Assembly: GCF_009914755.1 (NCBI RefSeq)
Contig: NC_060930.1
Strand: one strand, 5' to 3'
Source: the human T2T-CHM13v2.0 reference genome, Homo sapiens
DNA: 64,000 bases
Shown: positions 1 through 12,259 of the stretch, in pieces
Layout: each line of letters begins with the position of its first letter
How positions within the stretch are numbered: position 1 is the first letter of the stretch
Translations under genes and position numbers: made by a program
Notes under the pieces: generated by a model
Told to the model about the DNA's origin: nothing
Database searches by the model: none
The model's input: only the letters and a program-made list of their open reading frames with translations

Positions 1-517
1 GGGAGGGCCAGAGGGACAAGATAGGATTATCCTCCCGAGTCTCCTCATTGGTGCAACCAACAGTGGCTGCCACAGTGACTGAGTGAGTGAATGAATGAAC
101 AAACCCCATGTAGGAAAAAATGCAACTACGTTCTCCCCAGCCCCGGTAGGAAGGAGAACTCCCAGAATTAGGTTCCAGGAAGGGAAAAGCAGACAGTGGA
201 GAGAAAGGTGGTGCCCCTGGGGTGTAGAGGCAGGAAGGAGGCCAGAGCTTCTGGAGTCAGGATGAGGGACGGATCCAGGGTGCACAGGGCACCTGGGAGA
301 AGGGCTGGGGTAACTCATGGGACAAAATAAGAGACAGAAATCTACCACGGCTTGAGGAAGATGCAGTTTCTGGAAAAAGGAACAGGACTCAGACAAGCCT
401 AAGAACCTGGACAAAGCCTATGGGGACAGACAAAGGTGCTGTGTCCCACATGCAGGCAGCGACCCTGGGATTAAATGTGTGTTGCAGAAATCCATCTTTG
501 CTAACCAAGAGATACAG

Positions 518-570
518 ACAAAACAAAACAAAACAAAACAAAAACAAAAAACAAAAACAAACAAACGAAA
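518..570 (+). repeat. (AAAAC)n-type microsatellite
   Basis: Directly visible. Confidence 0.9.
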
Positions 571-2049
571 ACCTGTTTGGGGCTATTGGTTCCTTATGCC
601 TGATCTGATCCTTTACCCTAATAGCAAATAAAACACAGAACACTGGAAGTCAGGACTTTGAAGGCCCTATGGAAATAATTCAATCCTAACTCCTCCCATT
701 TTGCAGGTGGCAAGATTGAGGCCCACAGATGAGAAGAAAATCCACGGCAGAGCTCGGACCAGAACCCAGACCCCAAGATCCCAGTCTCACCTCTCCCACT
801 GGCATTACACCATTTCTCAAGACAGAGTCATAGCTTCATTGAGTGACTCAAGGGCAACACCCTGGGGTTTCTCAGTGCATTCTGGAACATTGAGGGGTGC
901 AGAGCAGAGCTCCTGCCTCTGTTCTTCTGTGGCCTTTCCCCCAACATGGCCCAGGATACAGAGGGCTGGGAGGGGATAGTCCTCACTGCTTACTGGCTGA
1001 CAGTGAGTAAGCAAGCCTGGCAAAGTGCTGAGCTCCTGGTCACTGGCAGAATTCAAGCAAGGCTGGAAGGGTATTATAAGGAGGAATCCGGCCGGCCATT
1101 GGAGGGGGTGACTACAGCTTCCCTCCACTCCTTATTACCTTGGCAGCATCTCGAAACTGATTGGATTCTCACCAGCCAGGAAAGGCCAGACCCTGCTCAG
1201 GTCTGAGGGCCACAGACTTCAGTCATCTCTGCCAGCCCTGAAGCCTGTTCCCATGGAGACAGGTGAGTGAGAGAGACAAGAAGAAAGATGTGTGGAAACC
1301 TCCAAAGCTGTGGCCCTGTGCCAGACAGGCCCTGGGGGCAAGGTGTGGCCAAGGCTGACAGAAGAGGGGTAACAACTTCCTCAGAGTCGGGCCTGCTCAC
1401 CAAAGGATGGGGATCTGGACCCCACCTCCCTCCAGTCCAGAGGCCAGAAGTCACCCGGATGCCGCACACTCCCCAACCCCTCCAATGCCACTTCCACTGG
1501 AGCCCCCAGGGGAGTCCTGTCCTGAAGGAGGGTAGCGGCAGGGAGAGATTGGCCCATCCAGAACCTTCTCTGCTCTTCAAGTTTTAGACAAAAGCAAACA
1601 AACAAAAAACCCTCAAATTCCCACCCTAGGGAGAGTGGAAGTGGGACTTTCCGTCCCCCACCCCCGATCCTGTCCTTATCTCTGGACTCAGGATGAAGGG
1701 AGTGAAGGGACAGAATCCGCCCTTTGCCAACCTCCACCCTCACTCCTCCCTCCAGGACAGGGTGTCCAGGGCAAGGCCAGTGACTTCCTGGGAACCTTCT
1801 GGATGGACTGCGCCATGCCCACCACCAGGGTAGAGGGTCCTGGCTGGACAGGGCTTTTCTAATGCCTCTGGGGCTTCATGGACGGCAGGAGTCTCCCTCC
1901 AAGCCCCAATTCTAGCAGCCCCCAGCCCAGGTCCACCTACAGCCTCCTGCACCTTGCAGCCATCCTCCCTGGGGGCTAGCTCTGTCCTTCCTGACTTTGG
2001 CTGGGCTCTACAGTGCTCCTGACACCCAGCCCACCTCGCTAAGACCCCC

Positions 2050-2320
2050 TGCCTCAGGATGCAGCCAGATCCCGCTCATCTTCCGGCCGACGCCGCTGGT
2101 GCGGAGCAGGCTGCCCGCCCCTGGGCGCGGAGCCTGAAGCCCAGAGCCCGCCGCTTGCTCCACCCGCCCCGCTCCGCCGGCTGTGGGCCGCTCGGTGCCC
2201 ACGCCCTGCCGGGCTCCCAGCCAAGACGCCGGTCTCGGTCTTGCAGCTCCTGCCACCTGCCTGCCTCTTGGCTGGGGTGGGGCCCGGTTCAAGGATTGGG
2301 GTGGGAAGCGGAAGAAGATT
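2050..2320. promoter_or_regulatory. small orphan CpG-rich element downstream of MDGA1
   Basis: About 20 CpGs in ~250 bp, CCCGCCCC boxes, no repeat similarity. Confidence 0.6.
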
Positions 2321-3515
2321 AAGGAGCTCCCACTTAGGCCTGGGTAATGGGGGTCCCCAGTGTTGGGGCGGGGACAGAGTTAGATGCTCAGGACTACAAA
2401 CAGAAGCAGGGCTGTGTCCTGTTTTCCATTTACCTTTCTGTGGGGGGCCCCCTTTCTCTGCATTGCTTAGAAACACCCCACTCCCTCATTTCATTGAATC
2501 CCAGAGCTGAAGGAACCTTCAGCTTCAAGCCTCCCCAGCCTTCTCCCAATTTACAGGGACATTCGAGTCCAGAGAGAGGGCTGGCTTATTCAACGTCGCA
2601 AGCCAGAATGTGGGTCCAGGCACTCCTCCTTAACAGTGTTCTTCTCACTCTCTGGGCTCAGCCTCTGTTTCTCTTCACCTCTTCTCCAACTTCTCTCCCT
2701 CTTCCCTCCCTTCTTTCTGCGGAAACAGGACCCAGCCCTCTAGCCCGCATCTTCAGGTAGAGATCAGCAGGCACTTGCAGGGGCCACTAAGCATGCGCAC
2801 TCCAGAGCCCTTGAGCCTGCTATGCGCAGAGCCCAGTGCTGGGCTCCGCAGGGGACATGGGACCCACACAGGGCAGCGAAGCCTGCAGCCCGCCTCCCCG
2901 TGGGCAGGTCAGCCATGGGCGATGCTGGAGGGACAGAGGAGCTTGGTGTGATAGCATCTGGCCAGGTTGCAGCAGGAAAGATCAAGTTGGATTTTAAAAA
3001 GAAAAAACCTCCTATGAGGAGTGAGATAATAAAACAAATGAGTGTTGGACCCTGGAAAGTCCTGGAAATCTCATCTCTTGAGAACTTTTAACATCAGGAA
3101 AAGCCCTGGACACTTCTAATCAAGGGACTGAGCGTTTCCAAGGGGGCTTTCTGCCTGCTGAGTGGAGGAGGAGTCTAGGAAAGGGGTGGTCCCAATTCTT
3201 GCCCCCTCCCCTCCTCCCTGCAGGCCCTCCTCAGGCTGCACAGGCCAGCCCATCCTGCTCCCCTCATTGTGGGGTGAGTTTGCCCACACACTCAGCTTAT
3301 TTGGAGCGAGGCCTCATGAGATGTCTCACATTCATGAGAGGAAGGGAGATGCCAGTGCTGCCGGGGGCTGCCAATGCCCCAGGTGTCCTAAAGAGGAAGG
3401 GGGAGCAAGAGGCCGGTCTGGACCCTTGGTCATCTCCAACGCCCCTGGTTTCCCTCAAAGCCAAGCAGCTGCCTCCCTGCATCTGTGTTCCTGGCCTTTG
3501 TCTATCTAACCTTGA

Positions 3516-4235
<720 letters not shown>

Positions 4236-6714
4236 AAGCAGGCTTCTCTTTGCCAACCTCCATCTCTACATGGCCTCTTCAGAACCCACCTGCTGCCTCC
4301 AGCACCTCTTTCTGGACTAGCTCCAGGAAAAAGTCAGCCCTGGGTGCTGCCAAGGGGAGCTCCATTCTTTCTGGCAGTCCCCCATCACCCAGCCCCCACT
4401 CAGGACCTCCCAAACTTCATCTGAAAGCCTTGTAATTTTCATTTTTCTTCCCTTAGGGTTTTTCCCCCTAATGAACACATGGTGCTTGGGTGATACTACT
4501 TTCGAAACATGTTTTTAAGATATAAAGGTAGCTATGGAAAGCTCACCAGGTGGTCGGTTAAGAGACCAGCTCCTGGTCCCAGCTCTAGCCTTTGCAGCTG
4601 TGTGACCGTAGGCAGATTCCTCCTCCTCTCTAAGCCTCAGTTTTCCCACCTGTAACGTGGGCATTATTGACATCTTCTCAGGGATAGCATGAGGGTAAAA
4701 GGAGAAATCAGTGTAAACTTGGAAGGGCTGTGCACATGGGAGGGATTATTCTTTTATTTTTAAATGTATATTTGGGTTTAGTAACTAGCAGTCCAGTATA
4801 TTGATCCTCAGATGACTGATTCTTCCCTCTCTCTCCTGCTTTTGGGGGGGTTCCAGGGACCTGGGATTCTTGAGTCAAAAGAAGGAGAGGGTGAAAGGGA
4901 GGCCTTAGATAGAGTGATAGAACACAGGAGTTCTGGCTCTCCAGGTCCTCTTTCCCACTCCTTCCCTTGCTCTATGCCTCAGTTTCCCCTCCTGGGCCCT
5001 GAGTCTGGGTGAGGACAAGAGAGGCTGAGGAGGAAGGTGAGGAGTTGGGCAGGCAGAGGAGCTGTAGTTTTTATACTTTCTTGGGCCCTTCCCACTCTGA
5101 CTGCAGCAACCACTGACCCTGGGCATCTCAATTAGCCACTTGCTTCATAATTCATCATATGGTCAAGGCTGCCGCAGGCTTACATGTGTGGGCATGTACA
5201 TACACTCACATGTGTGCAAGCATACATGCACACTCGTGCACACACAGTCGCACACACTGCATGGGCATCAGATATAACACTAAATGTTAGTGTTTGTTGC
5301 TGGAGGTCGTGTTCTTCTCTTTGGAATTTCTGTTATTGAAAGCTTGGCTCGACATCCCCTCTGCCTTGCCCCTGGTAAACTCAACCCAATTCTTCCCCCT
5401 CGCCTCCCCCACTGCATGAGCATTTTTATTTGAATAAATCAGCAGGAAAAGATTTCAGGTTCAAAGCCCTTTCCCAGACTCTGTGATGTACAGTTATAAA
5501 AATAATGCTAAGAACAGAAAGTGACCTTTATTTCTAATCTATAGTCCTTGATGACTTCTGGCTTTTATTTTCTCGAGAAAATAGATTTTTTCCCCTGGTT
5601 ATTAAAAAAATTATATGTTCATGAAAAAATATTCAGACAATACAGAAAGCCTAAAGATGTGAGTCAGAAGCATCTGAAATTTCACTGCTGAGATAACTAC
5701 TATTCACATTCCAGTGAATAGTCTTTCGGACAAAAAAAAATGCATATGCTCGTATATACACAGATGTTATTACATAAAAAAGATAGTAACAGGCATGCGC
5801 TTTCTAATCTGCCATTCTCTCTCGACAATATATTATGGACATCTTTAAATGGCAGCACAGACTCCCACTGTGTGGACGTTCGGCACTCTCAGCCTCTCTG
5901 ACTCATGTTTTACTCTATTTCTCACCGCCTCTCAGATGAGAGTGAACTGGCGGGTGGTTCTGGGGGAACGGCACGGGGGGTGACAGAGAGGGACTCTGCT
6001 TATGGAGGGTGGCGTATATAGATGGAATGAGGACTCACAGAGTGCTGAGTCTACTCTGCTGAACTGTGGCTGGCCCCAGGGGACCTGAGAAAAATGGGCA
6101 ATTCAAAACATCTTTAGAGAAGGCCAAACAGCTAACAAGACAGGGCGATGGATGTGGTGGTGGGATTTGCATTCGGGGGCCCTGCCAAGTGGACCTCAGA
6201 ACAGGAAACACACTGGGCACGCATGGCCAGGAAAGATGAATTTGGGAGCGGGGGTTCAAGAAGCAGTATGGAAGGATGCCTCCACCCAGGTTTGGGGTGA
6301 CTTCAAGGAGGAGAGTTTCGACTTTTTTCTTGTGTTTATTTATACCCAACCCTTTTCTGAAAAGGTGTTATAGTAGCTTTCAATAAAGGACATGCAAAAA
6401 GCTAGAAATAGAAAAGCAGGAACAGGGACGGTCTCCATCTGAAGCAGAGGACTGGAGCCCGAGCCTCACAGGGAAAGGCCTTGCTTCTCCCAGCCCCTGG
6501 GGAAGAGCTGGTGGGAAAAGCAGAGTGATCTCCAAGGAGAGGAAGAAGAGGAGGGACTCTGGCTGATGTGAACGCACATCGCACCAGAAGTCAAAAACCT
6601 AGATCTCCCTCTGGGTTCTTCCTCTCCTGAATTTTCTGAGCTAGGGTAACCACATCACCTTTCTGAGCCTCACTTTGCTCATCTGTGATATGAAAATAAA
6701 AATATTAGAGTCCT

Positions 6715-7015
6715 GGCTGGGTGCGGTGGCCCACGCCTGTAATTGCAACACTTTGGGAGGCTGAGGCGGGTGGATCACTTGAGGCCAGGAGTTTGAGACC
6801 AGCCTGGCCAACATGGTGAAAACCCACCTCTACTAAAAATACAGAAATTAGCTGGGTATGGTGGCACATGACTATAATCCCAGCTACTTGGGAGGCTGAG
6901 GCATGAGAATCACTTGAACCTGGGAGGTGGGGGTTTCAGTGAGCCAAGATTGTGTCATTGCAATCCAGCCTGGGTGACAGAGTGAGACCTTGTCTTAAAA
7001 AATAAATAAAAATAA
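6715..7015 (+). mobile_element. Alu (AluS-like)
   Basis: ggctgggtgcggtggc... dimer with A-rich tail. Confidence 0.95.
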
Positions 7016-7645
7016 GCTAAGTAAATTGGCTATGTTCTTTAACAATATATATGTCAAAGTCCTGATAACAGAGGACTCGGTTGCTGTAAGTTACCTGACC
7101 TACCTGTACAGTTTGCAATGGGACCTGCCCTTGGACAGGGCCACTTGGAGGACTTTCATGGTACATACACTGCATTACTGTGCCCCTGGGAATGAATGGT
7201 CACTAGAGGAGGGGAGAAAGAGGGAAGATGCAAGGAGGTGTGTTTTCGGTGCCTGCCAGCCTCCTGCCCCTCCTAAGTGGGTCCACCCACAAACTGCCTA
7301 GAAATGGCAGCCCCCAGGTAGCCTTGTTTCATGTCCATGACCCCTTCCTCCAGCCCAGCTGGTTGGATCAGGGTGGCATCTGACTCAAGGGCAGCCAACC
7401 CACAGGTTGCCCAATGATGTATGTGTGGCTAGACCTGAAATGGGGGCCTGTCCAATCAGCCCATTATCCTGAGCGGCTGAGTCAGTGAATGCTGGCAGCT
7501 GCTACCGGAAGGCCATGAAGGAGAGTTGAGCTGGAGAGGTCATGATGCCTGGAAAGCTGAAGTTATGAGGAAGCAGACACCATGACTCAGGAGAGGAACT
7601 GCATGGACAAAAAGCAGCAGATGCTGGGGAGTGACTGAGTCATGC

Positions 7646-8122
7646 CAGGGTGGTCATCTATTGCTGTTGTCAAAAACTACTCCCAACCGCAGGGGCTTAA
7701 AACAACTATTTTATTATATCCCATGACGATGGGTCAGGAATTTGGACAGAGCTTGGCCGAGCAATTCAGGTGGCAGTTAGGCTGGTCTGGAAGGTCTGAG
7801 GCAGCTGCACTCCCATATCTTCTGGTGCTTTGGTGGAGATGGCTGGAAGGCTGGACTCAGCTGGGATGGTCAGCCAGAGCCCCTCCAGCATGACGGTCTC
7901 AGAGCAACTCAGAGGACATCCTAGGTGGCAGTTCAGGGCTTCCAGAGAGAACGTTCCAAGAGGCCTGAGCTGAAGCTCCAAGGCATCTTCAACTCAGCAT
8001 GTCACATTCTATTGCACAAACAAGGCACTAAGAGCAACCCAGATTCAAGAGGAAGGGAATTAGACTCTGCCTCTCTACAGGAAGGATAACATGGGATTTG
8101 CAGCCATCTTTATTCTACCACA
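7646..8122 (-). mobile_element. MaLR LTR (MLT1-family), apparently nested in an older MLT1-like LTR (~7320-8360)
   Basis: minus strand starts tgtggtagaataaagatggctgcaaat and ends ...aataaaatagttgttttaagcc...agcaatag, typical MLT1 termini. Confidence 0.75.
7710..7715 (-). terminator. candidate distal poly(A) signal inside an MLT1 LTR
   Basis: AATAAA at the usual position near the 3' end of a minus-strand MaLR LTR. Confidence 0.5.
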
Positions 8123-8125
8123 GGT

Positions 8126-8163
8126 AGAATACAGAAGCACCAGAAGAATACAGAAGCACCAGA
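8126..8163 (+). repeat. perfect 19-bp tandem duplication agaatacagaagcaccaga x2
   Basis: Directly visible next to the MLT1 end. Confidence 0.9.
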
Positions 8164-9550
8164 AACTTCTGTAGATGATGATCCTAGAGCTACCTTGAAT
8201 CCAAAATGCCCATCTGGTTCAGGAAAACCATCCCTGTTGCAACTCCTGTTTGGATTTCTGAGTGCCCATCCCCCTCACTGTGTTTGTCCTCACAATAATG
8301 CACCTGTACTTGAGTGAGCTTGAGCGGATTTCTCCTCCTGTGCTCAGGGAGCCAACCTACAGCAGTGGTGAGTCCCTTAGACCCTTTCTCTTCCATTAGA
8401 AAAGAAAGGCCAGGTGTGCCAGCAAGAAGTTACCCAACATGAGAGCCAATAAAACTTAGGTGGTAGGGAGAGGGAGCCCTTGGTCTTGTAATCTGAGCTT
8501 CAGTTTCCCCATCTGGAACATGGAAGTGAAACTGCCCAATCGACCTACCTGAATCATTGTAACCAAGTAACCTGAAAGACACTTCCTGTCATTTGCCTGA
8601 TATGATGTAGTCCATATCATGACATCCACACCCTTGATTTGGGGTCACTTTGCAAATGCTCATCACTGCCTATCCCCATGACCTTGGCAAGCCCATCTCA
8701 CCTACAATATATGAGTAGATGTTTGAAATAAGTGACCTTTAAGGACCTCCTAGCTCTGAAATTCTAGAATTCTGAGAGGTCTGGGGTAAAGGGAAAGGTT
8801 GGCATAACTTGATCTTAGGGCAAGGATGCAGCTAGCTGGTGGTGAATAAGGGAGGCAGCCCCAAGTAGGGTGCAGGGTGGGGTCTGTAGGGCCAGAATAG
8901 AGATTAAGAGGGAAGGGACTCCAAGCGTGTAGGAGGGATGGTAGGGTTGGGTGCCGAGAAGGGAAAATGGCATTTCAACCACCATACCAACTTTAGTCCT
9001 CCTCCTTTGCCCTTACTCCCCTTCCTTGAGCCTTCTAAGTTTTTGGGCCCTGTTGGCCTTTGCATATTCTGTTCCCTCTGCTCAGAAGCCTCTCCCAATC
9101 CCAACAGGCTAACTCCAATCATTCTGTCTCTCCTAAATGTCTCTTAGAGAAGTCTTCCCCGAAGCCCCAACCCAAATAAGAACCCTCTTCATACCTTCTT
9201 TCATAGCACCAATTTCCCTTCCCAGCCCTCACTGTACACATCATTATATATGTCTTGGTGTCATTATTAGCTTACTGTCCATCTCTCCCATTAAACAGGG
9301 GCTTCCACAAAGGCAGTGTTTGGTTGGTATTTGCTGAATGAACAAATGCACACAAGTTCACTGGGAGCAGACCAGGATGCAGGTCCTCACTGTCCAGGCC
9401 ACAGAGCAGGATCCCTGTCGACAGGTGCCAAAGAGAAGAAAGGCTGCCCCCAGGGAGCTGAGAGGAGCCCTCCAGTGCCCCGGCCCCGACCCTGGCCCAC
9501 TCTGCCCTGCCAACACACACGGCTGACGCTGAGCGCTAGAACACTGCAGC

Positions 9551-9556
9551 TTTATT
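9551..9556 (-). terminator. poly(A) signal AATAAA, probable main MDGA1 site
   Basis: plus strand tttatt; downstream on minus gctgcagtgttct...ccgtgtgtgttgg (GU-rich). Confidence 0.75.
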
Positions 9557-10199
9557 GATAGAACAACCGCGTCCGCAACTAGAGGTTACATTTGGGGGCT
9601 TGGAGGTGAAAGAGAGGCAAATGGGGAACAGAGGCTGGGGTGGAGACAGACAGCAAGGCAAAGGGGTGAGGATGGGGCTGTGTGACTAAAAAAACAACCC
9701 CAATCATTTCACCCATTAATAAGGGGGTCTCCTGTTGTGCTTTTACCTTGGTGGCGGGGTGGGCTGGGGTGGTCAGACATGTGGGCCTGGGCATGAGGAG
9801 TTTTGGCTTTTCTCCCAAGTCTTTGAGGTCTCAGGGCTGGTGCAGCCCCTTCCCTCCCTGAACCTTCTCCTGGGCTGGGGATAAAGGCCTTGGTGAGCTG
9901 GCTACTCTAGGGCAGGAAGAATGCATGGAGACCTAGAGGGCCACCAGAGTTGGGCTGAGATGGTGATTATGTGGGTGGCTGGGAGGATGGCGGGAGGGGG
10001 CCAGGAAGGAGGGCATTCCTATCCTAGGAGGGTCCCTGGGAAATGAGTGCAGGCAACAAGAGGGCAAGGGGTGGGGTGGGCAGATGCCATCCCTCTGGAC
10101 CTCGCCTGTACAATGGGGGCACCAGCTTAGATGCTCCCTAAGGTCCCTTCTAGTTATAAGGGTCAAGGGATCCCCAGGAAAGAGTGGTCCTTCTGCCCC

Positions 10200-10270
10200 A
10201 ACACACACACACACACACACAAACACACGCACACTCCACACATCACACACATTCTCAGACACACACGCAC
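10200..10270 (+). repeat. imperfect (CA)n in the 3' UTR (UG-rich in mRNA)
   Basis: Directly visible. Confidence 0.9.
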
Positions 10271-12093
10271 AGCACTGACTCGATAGAGAGGCGGGTGCTT
10301 CCCGGCCTTTGGAAGCATGGAGGACTCCGCTGAACCCTGAACCCAACCTCAGCCAGTGGCTCTGCAGGGACTCTCCAGAGCAAAGACCCTGGGAATACTC
10401 CCCAGCCCCTCAAGCTGCCCAGCGAGAAAAAACACAAGGATTCTGCACGCCCCATCCGTGACCCTCCCGGTCTTTGGGGAAACCAAGAGGATGAGCACAT
10501 GAGAACATGCTGACCTTCACTCCTAGCCCAAGCTCTTGTGAAGTCACAGGGGAGAGGAGGGGAAACAGGGTCTCTTCTGTCTGGGGGCCTGGGAGAAGGG
10601 CAGCAGCTGCAGACACTGTGGTGGGAGGGTGGCCACCTCTGTGTGGCACCCAGGCCTGTCATGGGGCAGAAGGGTCTGCAGCCTGGGATGAGAGGCCAGA
10701 ATTTGGAGCCGAGGGCAGGATCCCAGCAACATCTATAACATCCCCACCGGCACCCTGGACACAGGACTGTTAGCCAAACTCCCTGCAGTTGTTTGGCAGG
10801 AGACCTCAGGGGCAGTGACAAGCGGTGTGACACCCCCAGGGCTGTAGTACTTGGCTCTCCCAAGACTGGCTCTACTCAAACTAGCTGTGTGACCTTGGGC
10901 CACTCCCCTTCCCCACTCTGGGCTTCAGCTTCTTCATCTGCACGAGGGGATCAAACTTTTGAGGTCCATCCTCACTCTGACAGCCTGAGCCAGGGGCTTT
11001 CCCAGAGCACAGGGAAAAGGAGAATGAATGAGAAAGAGGTGTCAGGCCCATCTCTGAGAGGTAGGGGTGGAAGGAGCATTCCAGGAGGAGGGGGCTTGGT
11101 CTTCAGGCTTCACTCAGCACCCTAGGAGCCTGTCTGTGCTCCCAAGGGCAGGATAGCCCAGCTGAGACTTCCATAAGCTGCTATACAGCACCTGGCCCCC
11201 GGAGTCCTTTTCACCAACCTGAAGGGGACAAGGGATGGAAGGGCCCCAGCACCCTGAGGGCTGACCCTGAACACCCCGTTTTAAGGCCACAAAATGCCTC
11301 AGTCACCCTGACCCAGAGGGCGAGGCTGCCACTGGGGAGATGTGCTGGATCCAGCCAGCCTGGTCTCCCCTGGCGGGGGTCACTCATGGGCCACCCATCA
11401 ACACACAGACACTGACACACCATGGCGCACAAAGACACAGCATGAGCAACACTGATACAGAGATGCTGGCTCACAGGCACACACAGACACAGACACTGAC
11501 AAGTCACCAGGTGATACACAAAGACACTCATTCCTGCTGAGGAACACACAAACACACAGAGACCAGCACATGCCTAGACATTCACAGTGCCCACTGGCAT
11601 ACACTGACACCCACATCCCCCACCCACCTGCTGGCACACACAGACATCCACATCAGCCTCACCCATTCACACGTGGGGACCTCAGCATTTCAGCAGACAC
11701 ATTTTGTCAATCCCAGGTCAAGCCATCCTCAAGGCAGGGCTGTCTGCACCCACTGAGACCTCCAGCAGCATCCCCCCATCCCCCCTCCACCTTGTGCCCT
11801 TCGTCCATAAAGACCAGGAACCTGGGGGCCACATGTATGCAGTTCAGCTCAGCCAACATGTACTGAGCACCTTTACTGTCCACTCTATGGATCCTGAGGG
11901 GAACAAGGGAGACAAGTCTCCCCTGTCGGAGCAGCCAGGGTTGCGGGGCAAATGGATTGGAAGGTCCTCTGAGGGAAGCAGGCACAGGGTGCCTTGGGAA
12001 CCCCAAAGAGGGAGCACTTGGGGCTATTCATCTCTGGTGCTCCAATGCCTACCCCAGCGAGGGCACAGAGGAAGCACCCAGGTGGTGCCAGGC

Positions 12094-12259
12094 CAGTGGT
12101 TCCTGCTGTCAGGAGAACCCAAGGAGCTTTTCAACATTTCTTGATGTCCGACTGCGCTCCAGTCCAATTAACTCAGAACCTCTGAGGTGGGAACCAAGCA
12201 GCAATACTTTTTAAAGGACTCTGGTGGTTCTATTCTGCAGGCAAGGCCAGGAACCACTG
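12094..12259. mobile_element. MER5-type hAT-Charlie MITE in the 3' UTR
   Basis: Perfect 12-bp terminal inverted repeats cagtggttcctg / caggaaccactg; MER5A-like interior. Confidence 0.75.
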
